DNA from: an uncultured Rhodospirillaceae bacterium
GTDB lineage: Bacteria; Pseudomonadota; Alphaproteobacteria; UBA8366
Assembly: GCA_913043025.1 (NCBI GenBank)
Contig: CAJWLM010000004.1
Span: 76,443-140,442, forward strand
DNA: 64,000 nt
Direction: 5' to 3'
Program-made: the position numbers and the translations under genes
Shown: positions 57,048 through 64,000 of the stretch, one piece after another
Layout: the number at the start of each line of letters is the position of its first letter
How positions within the stretch are numbered: the first letter of the stretch is position 1
The notes under the pieces: model-generated
The model's input: only the letters and a program-made list of their open reading frames with translations
Databases searched by the model: none
What the model was told of the DNA's origin: nothing

Positions 57048-57830
57048 ATGAGTGACTACAAAACTATTCTGACCGAGGTGGAGAACGGTGTTGGCATTGT
57101 TACCTTAAATCGGCCTGAAAAACTTAATGCTATGAATCGAGACTTGAATGCGGAGCTACAAGAGGCAGTGTTCAATTTCGATGGTAATCCTGCGATTGGC
57201 TGTATCGTTATAACCGGTTCCGGTGACCGTGCATTTACTGCCGGGGGAGATATTCACGAGCAAGTAGCCGATGAGGGCTGTGACCCAAAAGATGTTGCCG
57301 AAAAGAAACGTCGAACTCGTTACGGGGGTTACCAAATGGCTGCTGCTGATACGCCCACAATTGGTATGATTAATGGTATTGCTTATGGTGGTGGTGCAGT
57401 TTTGGCTTCATCCCTTGATATGCGTATTGGCAGTGAGAAGACAAAATTTCGGTTTCTCGCGGCAGCTTACAAACGTATAAATGCTACATGGACTTTGCCA
57501 AACCAAGTAGGTTGGCCCAAGGCAAAAGAATTCTTATTTACAGCAAAAATAGTTGAGGCTCAGGAAGCACTTGACTGCGGATTATTGAATCATCTTGTTC
57601 CGTCTGCTGACCTTCGCAATAAAACCATGGAAATTGCTACCATGATTGCTGGTAATAGCCACGAAGCTGTGGCGGGTTGTAAGCGACTTCTTTTACAAGA
57701 TATGAACGCAGACCTTGAGCAGCAATGGGAAAATGAACAGAACTATGCTCGAGATATAATGCCAAATGCTTCTGCAACTGAGGCGTTTCCAGAGTTTTTG
57801 GCGCGTAAAGGGGAGCATGCGGCTGAATGA
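57048..57830 (+). CDS. Enoyl-CoA hydratase/isomerase (crotonase) family protein
   Basis: Track ORF begins at TTG 57018. ATG 57048 (MSDYKTIL) has GGAGA 8 nt upstream. VGIVTLNRPEKLNAM, ITGSGDRAFTAGGDI, GIAYGGGAVLA. Confidence 0.9.
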   Translation: MSDYKTILTEVENGVGIVTLNRPEKLNAMNRDLNAELQEAVFNFDGNPAIGCIVITGSGDRAFTAGGDIHEQVADEGCDPKDVAEKKRRTRYGGYQMAAADTPTIGMINGIAYGGGAVLASSLDMRIGSEKTKFRFLAAAYKRINATWTLPNQVGWPKAKEFLFTAKIVEAQEALDCGLLNHLVPSADLRNKTMEIATMIAGNSHEAVAGCKRLLLQDMNADLEQQWENEQNYARDIMPNASATEAFPEFLARKGEHAAE

Positions 57831-57905
57831 CAATAATAAAACCACATAGCAGAGCACCTCGACTTATTGTAAAATTAGAGCCGAGATAGTGCTGCAACAT
57901 TTACA

Positions 57906-58715
57906 TTAATTCGCCTGCTGATCGGATTTAACCTGTTTGTCAACGTAACCGTTGGGGTCTCTTTTGGCCATTTTTATTGGGTCTGAGCCTGGGCGGTTAG
58001 ACGGTCGCCCAAACTGCATGATCAATACACTGGCACCATCATTGCCAGATTTGAGGACTGGGGCGTCTTCCTCGGGCTCCAAGTGTATAAGTGAATTCGG
58101 TTCCATAATCTTGCCATCTAACTCTAATCCACCGAAGCAAGTAAGTATAAATTGCCCGCCAGCATCAGAAGGCGGGCTTTGTAAATCTGTGTTTGGGCCT
58201 AAACGAAATCCGATAGCATTTACACCGTCCTTTTGAGGTTCCATCAAGTCTTCGCTTTCGATTTTCCCACGATCAGTAAGTTTCTTTTTATAATCGAAGA
58301 GGCCGGCAATGTTTCTTCCTGCTCGACCTTTCATGTTTTCACGATTTCCTGGCATTACCCAGTGACCACCGCTTGCAATTGGACGTAATGTGAAAAAAGA
58401 AATTCCATCATCATTGCCGACTATTGGGCCATAAGGAGTGTATGCGTCCGCATACTGAAAAGTAATAGGTGCGACTTTCTGCTTTCCCATGCTGCCATCG
58501 CCTGCAACCACAACTTGAAATTGGTCTACATCGTGAAAATGTGGATCAATCACCGGGTTTGGGTACATTCTTTCAACAAGAAAGCCCTGAGGGCCCATCG
58601 CTATAGTACCAGACTTTCCAACATAATTTCGTCTATAACCCATGCCGCCAGGGCGTGGAACTTCAGTACGTTCTGTGTCTGAAATAGGAACTGTTTGCAT
58701 CTGACATCTCCCCAT
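57906..58715 (-). CDS. Cupin-like hypothetical protein
   Basis: 269 aa. PHFHDVDQFQVVVAGDG fits cupin motif 1, G(X)5HXH(X)3-4E(X)6G, with Gln in place of the Glu. Nothing else recognised. The start is uncertain (MGRCQM/MQTV). Confidence 0.5.
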   Translation of the reverse strand: MGRCQMQTVPISDTERTEVPRPGGMGYRRNYVGKSGTIAMGPQGFLVERMYPNPVIDPHFHDVDQFQVVVAGDGSMGKQKVAPITFQYADAYTPYGPIVGNDDGISFFTLRPIASGGHWVMPGNRENMKGRAGRNIAGLFDYKKKLTDRGKIESEDLMEPQKDGVNAIGFRLGPNTDLQSPPSDAGGQFILTCFGGLELDGKIMEPNSLIHLEPEEDAPVLKSGNDGASVLIMQFGRPSNRPGSDPIKMAKRDPNGYVDKQVKSDQQAN

Positions 58716-58935
58716 TTTAAGAAGCCTTCATTGAAGGCTTATACAGTTGCTGACAGGCATGTTACTCAAAAAAAGTTCATCTGTCTCTATAGTAGCGACA
58801 TATGAGGTGAGAGGGCAGATCGATGATAACTCATCTAAAACATTATCAATGAAAACTTTAAGGCAGATATGTTTTATGGTAACGAAACCGATTCTGTTTT
58901 GAAGTTGACCCTTTTTACAATACCTTCAAAACGGT

Positions 58936-60180
58936 ATGACGGGTGTTTCTCCAAAAAAAGTAATGTTAGTAATCTGTATAGCCCAGCTATTTTCGCAGAT
59001 GGGTGCCTATACGTTGCCAGCATTGCTACCATCTTTCATAAGCGAATGGTCGCTCAGCAACAGTGAAGCAGGGTGGCTAACGGGCATTTTCTATGGTGCT
59101 TATATGATCTCGGTTCCCTTCCTTGTGCCTTTGACAGATCGAATCGATCCCAAGAAAATTTATGTAAGCTCTGTTTTTATGACTTTGCTGGCACACCTTG
59201 GGTTTGTGTTTGTGGCCCACGATTTTATTGGCGGTCTGATTTTCCGTATATTGGCTGGTTTCGGTTGGGCTGGTACATACATGCCAGGCCTCAAAATTTT
59301 AGCCGATCACTTGACTGGTAAATTACAGACCCGTTCGGTAGCTTTTCATGCTGCTAGCGTTGGAATTGCTGGTTCTTTGTCCTTCATAATAGCAGCCACC
59401 TTAGAGAGGTTTGGCTCATGGCATACGGCGTTTATCTCGGCAGCTTTATTTACATTTATCGCTCTCATATTGGCTGTTGTATATATTCCTAGACAACTAT
59501 GCTCTTCGAAAATTTCGTCAATTTCTTATTCTAATTTTGTTCCAATATTGAAGAATTTTTCATCGGTAGCGTATTCCTTATGTTATTTTTCGCATACTTG
59601 GGAAATGTTTGTTCAGCGAAGTTGGATAGTTGTTTTTTTGGCTTATGTTGCCGCTGATTCTGGGACATCCACACTTTTTGTCTCACCCGTCTACATTCCA
59701 TTCGTAGTAGGTTTGTTAGGGACGTGGGCCAGTATTTCTGGCAATGAAGTGGCCATGAAAGTAGGGCGTCAAAAGTGGGTGTTAGGCGTCTCATTTGCAT
59801 CCATGGCGACGCTCGTTTTAGTCGCACTTTCTGTGAATACTTCTCTTTATACATTTGTAGCGGGTCTGTGCCTTATCCATGGTATCCTCATATATGCAGA
59901 CTCGTCGGCGCTAACAGCTGGGGCGTCTGGCAATGCAGATCCTGCTAGGCGTGGTGCACAATTGGCATTGCATTCTATGCTAGGTTACGGCGGAGGTTTC
60001 GTGGGATCGGTAACTTTTGGTGTTGTGCTGGATTTTGCGGGAGGGCAAACAATCACTGGCTGGATGGCTGCATTCGCAAGTGTTCTCTTGATTTTGGTTG
60101 TTGGGCCGATTGCGATTTGGTGGTTGAAACCGAATGATTTGGCCGGCGATGCACCTTGGCGGCATAAACGAAAGAGTTGA
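58936..60180 (+). CDS. MFS transporter
   Basis: 414 aa, about 12 TM helices. PLTDRIDPKK loop 2-3 motif. Confidence 0.85.
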   Translation: MTGVSPKKVMLVICIAQLFSQMGAYTLPALLPSFISEWSLSNSEAGWLTGIFYGAYMISVPFLVPLTDRIDPKKIYVSSVFMTLLAHLGFVFVAHDFIGGLIFRILAGFGWAGTYMPGLKILADHLTGKLQTRSVAFHAASVGIAGSLSFIIAATLERFGSWHTAFISAALFTFIALILAVVYIPRQLCSSKISSISYSNFVPILKNFSSVAYSLCYFSHTWEMFVQRSWIVVFLAYVAADSGTSTLFVSPVYIPFVVGLLGTWASISGNEVAMKVGRQKWVLGVSFASMATLVLVALSVNTSLYTFVAGLCLIHGILIYADSSALTAGASGNADPARRGAQLALHSMLGYGGGFVGSVTFGVVLDFAGGQTITGWMAAFASVLLILVVGPIAIWWLKPNDLAGDAPWRHKRKS

Positions 60181-60228
60181 GCCGACGAATTGGCTGTTCA
60201 TTTAGAGAACAATGCAAGGAGGGGAAGT

Positions 60229-61278
60229 ATGAGGGCAATGGTATTGACGGCTGTTGGTGCCCCTTTCCAATTAAAGGAAATTCCTGATCCAAAGCCGAAC
60301 AACGGTGAAGCTGTTGCGCGTGTTATTTCTTGTGGTTCAGGTTTAACAATCCAGCATATTAGAGCTGGCCGATCAAAAGTGGCTTACCCAAGGGTTATTG
60401 GGCATGAAATCACAGCAGAGATTGTCGAGCTCGGCAAGAACGTCAACGGCCTCAGTATTGGTGATCCGGTCACAGCATATTACTATCTGAATTGTGGTGA
60501 CTGCCATTGGTGTCGAGCCGGGCGCGAAACTTTATGTTTGAAAAATAAAGGCAATGTTGGGCGCGCTTGTGACGGGGGCTATGCAGAATTTATCAAGCTT
60601 CCCGAATACAATTTTATAAGGATGCCTGATGGTTTGGATTACAAAAGGTGTCCAGCCGAAGCTGGTGTAATCACAGACGCGATTGCAACGCCAATCAAGG
60701 TGATAAAAAAGGGTAGAATAAAACCAGAGGAATGGGTTGCAGTGATTGGTGCTGGAGGTGGACTTGGACTGCAAATGGTGCAAGTAGCCAAATGGGCACA
60801 AGCTAATGTAGTTGCAGTTGATACACGGGCAGAAAAGTTTGACGCTTGCACTAATATGGGTGCTGATCTGACTATCGATGCATCAAAAGGAAATGTCGGG
60901 GAAGCACTGCGTCATGTAAACGGTGGATTTGGCGTTGATGTTGTGATTGATTTTATTGCGTCGGCATCGACTTTAGAAGAGGGTTTTGCCGGTCTAAATC
61001 GTGGTGGCAGACTTGTAGTCCTTGGGGGAGTGCCACAAAAGTTTTCTTTGGACACCAATGCATTGAAATATGAGCGTGAGGTGATTGGTAGTAAGTATTG
61101 TACACGTGGTGAGGTGGAGGAGGCCTTGAAGCTAGTTGCCTCCGGTGAGATTTGGCCGATAGTTAGTGAAGTCGTCCCACTAGAGGAAGCGGAGGCGTTG
61201 CATGCACGTATTGAAGCAGGCCTGGTCACTGGCAGAGCAGCCGTGCTAGTGGACAGCTTTGCAAGTGTTGTTAAATAA
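60229..61278 (+). CDS. Zinc-dependent medium-chain alcohol dehydrogenase/reductase
   Basis: Track start is TTG 60190. ATG 60229 follows AAGGAGGGGA. GHEITAEIVELG, structural-zinc Cys cluster CGDCHWCRAGRETLC, AVIGAGGGLG Rossmann motif. Confidence 0.9.
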   Translation: MRAMVLTAVGAPFQLKEIPDPKPNNGEAVARVISCGSGLTIQHIRAGRSKVAYPRVIGHEITAEIVELGKNVNGLSIGDPVTAYYYLNCGDCHWCRAGRETLCLKNKGNVGRACDGGYAEFIKLPEYNFIRMPDGLDYKRCPAEAGVITDAIATPIKVIKKGRIKPEEWVAVIGAGGGLGLQMVQVAKWAQANVVAVDTRAEKFDACTNMGADLTIDASKGNVGEALRHVNGGFGVDVVIDFIASASTLEEGFAGLNRGGRLVVLGGVPQKFSLDTNALKYEREVIGSKYCTRGEVEEALKLVASGEIWPIVSEVVPLEEAEALHARIEAGLVTGRAAVLVDSFASVVK

Positions 61279-61362
61279 TCAGTTGGTAACGAAAAAACTA
61301 TGCTGTCATCATTAATAAAACTCATGGCAATGCATCGTTGCCTGACCCAGCCACTTTTTCGT

Positions 61363-61629
61363 TCATAATAACGGAGTTAAGGTCAATAAGATTATTGCTA
61401 CAATAACCCACATCATGAACGTGAGGACTGCAATTGATCTCGTTCCATAGCGCTTGGTAAGAAAAAGCAAGCTGCCAACGGTACCTATCGTCGTTGTTAA
61501 CGAAATATTTTTTGCGCTAATATTGTATTCGCGCAGCAAATAAATCAGTGCAGTGATAAGAGCAGCCAACGCTGTTGTTGAGAAAAATTGTAGTAATTTC
61601 CGAGGCTTTCCGGGTTCAATTTTTTTCAT
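61363..61629 (-). CDS. Small 3-TM membrane protein, translationally coupled to PrpD paralog 4
   Basis: 88 aa. Its ATG shares one nucleotide with the upstream TAA (TAATG at 61631-61627). Three hydrophobic helices. Confidence 0.5.
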   Translation of the reverse strand: MKKIEPGKPRKLLQFFSTTALAALITALIYLLREYNISAKNISLTTTIGTVGSLLFLTKRYGTRSIAVLTFMMWVIVAIILLTLTPLL

Positions 61630-63005
61630 TAAAAGTTACCGGTTAGATTTATTGTGCTTATATCATCAATGTTTTTGATATTGCAGAGTTGGTCAAAAAG
61701 GCGTTCCGCCTCATTATCCCCCAAGCGGTAACAAAGTTTTGAGAATTTTTGCCATAAGCCCTCGCGATCAAGTGGGTCGGTTGGAAGACCCTTAAAGCTA
61801 GGTGCGTCATGTCTTAACTCCCGTCCGTCAGCAAGAGATATGGTAATCCGACTGCCATAATTGTAGTCGAACTTTTCAGTCTCTGGCAGCTCCTTGATTT
61901 TGACATTGCGGCAAATTTCCCTGATGTCAGGGTTATCGATATTCTCCTGGCTAAAGCTTCGAGGGTCCATCGGATCTTTGAATAATGCTAATGCGATGCA
62001 AAAATTATTTGAATACTGCCCGAGCATGACATCCGACGGCTCGGCAATGTCATGGTGAGAGACGCATTTTTTATTACCTTCAATGAGAATTCCTGCAATA
62101 TCAACGGCCTTTAATCCATGTTTAGCCTGAACATCAAGAATACCCTGGATGGGCGTATGGCTTGTGATGTGGCATGCAAATCGCTTGAAGACGATATGTG
62201 ATGCATCCCATTGCTTGCCAAGATCAGCTGTAAGCTTTGACTGATCTGCACCACGGCAAAAAACATTGGTCCAACCAAATTTTCCTTCGAGAACTGTTGA
62301 AGGTCCAGTGAACCCATCTCTCGCAAGAGTTGCAGCTAGAGCACCGCTTTCTGACGCACGTCCAAGGTGAAGTCGCTTTACCATTCCACCGGTGCCAGAT
62401 GTTGCAAACTCTAATAAGCCAGAACAAAGCGACCCCGCAACACCGAGTGCATTAGTCATTTGTTTTTGGTCAAGTCCCATTAGCCATCCGGCTGCCATTG
62501 CCGCGCCAAAGCAACCATTTATACCAGGATTGTGAAAACCAATATCCTCACAGGAGTGGTTAGACGATTGGCCAATACGGCTCAAAACTTCGATGCCTGC
62601 GGTAAATGCAGTTATTAGATCTTTTCCGCTGACGCCTTTTTCTTGCCCAAAGCTAAACGCACATGGCACTAGGCTTGCTCCTGGATGTATTCCCACAGAG
62701 GGCATGCGCAAATTGTCGAGTTCGAACGAGTGAGACAAGGTACCGTTGGCAAGTGCTGCCATGGCAGGCGTTATTTTATGACCCTCTGGTCCAAAAATAC
62801 TGGCTTTGCCGGGTTTGCTTGCAGCAAGGGCGTGGTTTATTACCATTTTGCTCCACGGCAATTCAGACCCAAATGTACATGCGGCTATTGTGTCGATTAT
62901 GCAATCAATCGTGCGTTCTACGATCTCAGGCGGTATCTCATCAAAGTTAAGTTCGGTTGCAAACTTGGCAAGTGTTTCAGTCTGTGTGGTCATCATTTGT
63001 CTCAT
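61629..63005 (-). CDS. MmgE/PrpD-family protein (paralog 4)
   Basis: The track ORF extends to 63146. I prefer ATG 63005 (MRQMMTTQTETLAKFATELNFDEIP) because the other three paralogs start 10-25 aa before the equivalent motif, and because the longer ORF would overlap the divergent TauD gene. Landmarks are CIIDTIAACTFG, SFELDNLR, GFHNPG and KRLHLG. Confidence 0.85.
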   Translation of the reverse strand: MRQMMTTQTETLAKFATELNFDEIPPEIVERTIDCIIDTIAACTFGSELPWSKMVINHALAASKPGKASIFGPEGHKITPAMAALANGTLSHSFELDNLRMPSVGIHPGASLVPCAFSFGQEKGVSGKDLITAFTAGIEVLSRIGQSSNHSCEDIGFHNPGINGCFGAAMAAGWLMGLDQKQMTNALGVAGSLCSGLLEFATSGTGGMVKRLHLGRASESGALAATLARDGFTGPSTVLEGKFGWTNVFCRGADQSKLTADLGKQWDASHIVFKRFACHITSHTPIQGILDVQAKHGLKAVDIAGILIEGNKKCVSHHDIAEPSDVMLGQYSNNFCIALALFKDPMDPRSFSQENIDNPDIREICRNVKIKELPETEKFDYNYGSRITISLADGRELRHDAPSFKGLPTDPLDREGLWQKFSKLCYRLGDNEAERLFDQLCNIKNIDDISTINLTGNF

Positions 63006-63137
63006 CTGTTGGGATAAATAAATGGAAGCGTGCTCACCTAAATTATACTGGTGGTGTCTATGAATGGATAGTGTTCGGTCTTGACCCTCGATCTTCAGCC
63101 GCTCATCATGCCATGACATATTTCGAGGGAGGTATAA

Positions 63138-64000
63138 ATGGACCAACAGGTACGCGAGAGGGCAGGCTCTCTAAATGTTACTCGATTATCTGAACCGGCG
63201 GGTGCCGAAGTTGTAGGGATCGATCTATCATTGCAATTGGGAACAAAGAAACGTGATATACTTTTTGAAGCTTTACTCAAGCACCACGTCTTGGTGATTC
63301 GCGATCAAGACCTGACGCCTGATCAGCAAATGACTCTCACGGCAATGTTTGGAAAACCAGAGAGCCATGTTTTTCATGATGCTGAGGGACAATCTGGTCC
63401 CCAAGTACACGTAGTAAATAACCTGGATAAACAAGGAAACCCAAGTAGCCGACCGACCACGTTCGGGAGTTTTTTTTGGCATACGGATAAATCATACCAT
63501 GAGGTTCCATCGCTTGCGACATTCTTGCATGCTCGTGAGCTACCCCCTGGAGGTGGGGGAGATACTGAATTTGCCAATATGTACAATGCATATGAAAGTC
63601 TGGATGATGCAGTTAAAAAACAAATTGCTAATTTACGCGCGGTACATAGTTGGGAGGCCAATCGACGAAATACTGGAAATCGTGCGGCTACGGAGGAGGA
63701 AAAGAAGCTTCGTCCTCCAGTTAGTCATCCGTTGGTGCGCACTCACCCGGACACAAAACGGAAGGCGCTCTACATCGGTATACATGCTGATTGCATCGAA
63801 GGTTTGGAGCGTGAGCAAGGGATTGAGCTTTTGAAAAAGCTATATCGGCATTCGACAGAGCGCAAAAATGTTTATGCCCATAGTTGGAAACCGGGCGATC
63901 TTGTGATTTGGGATAACCGGTGTTTGCTTCACCGTGTAGTTGGAAACTACGATATGGACACACATCGTCGTATCTTACATCGTTCGGTAGTGATAGGAAC
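63138..64000 (+). CDS. TauD/TfdA-family Fe(II)/2-oxoglutarate dioxygenase, 5' part; runs off the right window edge
   Basis: Not in the track because it has no stop in the window. My translation from ATG 63138 (GAGGGAGG upstream) gives MDQQVRERAGSLNVTRLSEPAGAEVVGIDLS...FFWHTDKSYHEVPSLATFLHARELPPGGGGDTEFANM...GDLVIWDNRCLLHRVVGNY...HRRILHRSVVIG. The HxD, distal His and Arg are all present. Confidence 0.85.
   Translation, partial: MDQQVRERAGSLNVTRLSEPAGAEVVGIDLSLQLGTKKRDILFEALLKHHVLVIRDQDLTPDQQMTLTAMFGKPESHVFHDAEGQSGPQVHVVNNLDKQGNPSSRPTTFGSFFWHTDKSYHEVPSLATFLHARELPPGGGGDTEFANMYNAYESLDDAVKKQIANLRAVHSWEANRRNTGNRAATEEEKKLRPPVSHPLVRTHPDTKRKALYIGIHADCIEGLEREQGIELLKKLYRHSTERKNVYAHSWKPGDLVIWDNRCLLHRVVGNYDMDTHRRILHRSVVIG

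Noticed and set aside
63006-63146. 47-codon N-terminal extension of PrpD paralog 4 as called in the ORF track
   Set aside because: It would overlap the divergent TauD start and its SD. The extension (MVHLYLPRNMSWHDERLKIEG...) has no counterpart in the other three paralogs, so the internal ATG 63005 is preferred. This is not proven.

Overview
Compact chromosomal segment with about 56 protein-coding genes, one TPP riboswitch, one clear intrinsic terminator and one gene remnant. I recognised no rRNA, tRNA, CRISPR array, transposase or integrase by eye. Gene content suggests a free-living, probably marine, alphaproteobacterium, but this taxonomic guess is inference only: sigma-32 RpoH with an RpoH box lies next to RluD, there is a SerC-SerA-PurA block, TRAP and TTT transporters are present, and genes are tightly packed. 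GC looks moderate to low by eye and was not computed.

Housekeeping genes: folP-folK, tsaC, thiC with its riboswitch, serC, serA, purA, rpoH, rluD.

The remainder is mostly accessory organic-acid and acyl-CoA metabolism:
- four MmgE/PrpD-family paralogs, two of them paired with TauD/TfdA dioxygenases
- a family III CoA-transferase
- two acyl-CoA dehydrogenases
- a crotonase and a MaoC dehydratase
- a haloacetate-dehalogenase-like hydrolase
- a tartrate-dehydrogenase-like enzyme and an FAD oxidase
- an amidohydrolase, a cupin and a Zn-ADH
- TRAP, TTT, ABC and MFS importers

There is also a translationally coupled rmlA-rmlC-rmlD / GT-C / 2OG-oxygenase operon facing a GT2-methyltransferase fusion.

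I cannot name a canonical novel system. My best candidates for something undescribed are:
1. a tail-anchored pseudokinase plus membrane-partner gene pair between purA and rpoH
2. a 5.8-kb asparaginase/ABC-importer cassette bracketed by a roughly 213-bp direct repeat of the 3' end of the MaoC gene, which looks like an islet scar without an integrase
3. the recurring TauD-PrpD pairing
4. the Tpa1/P4H-like oxygenase coupled to a periplasmic-type glycosyltransferase
5. a membrane ankyrin protein with no ATG in its first 374 codons

All functional calls rest on motif recognition from the supplied translations. No database search was run.
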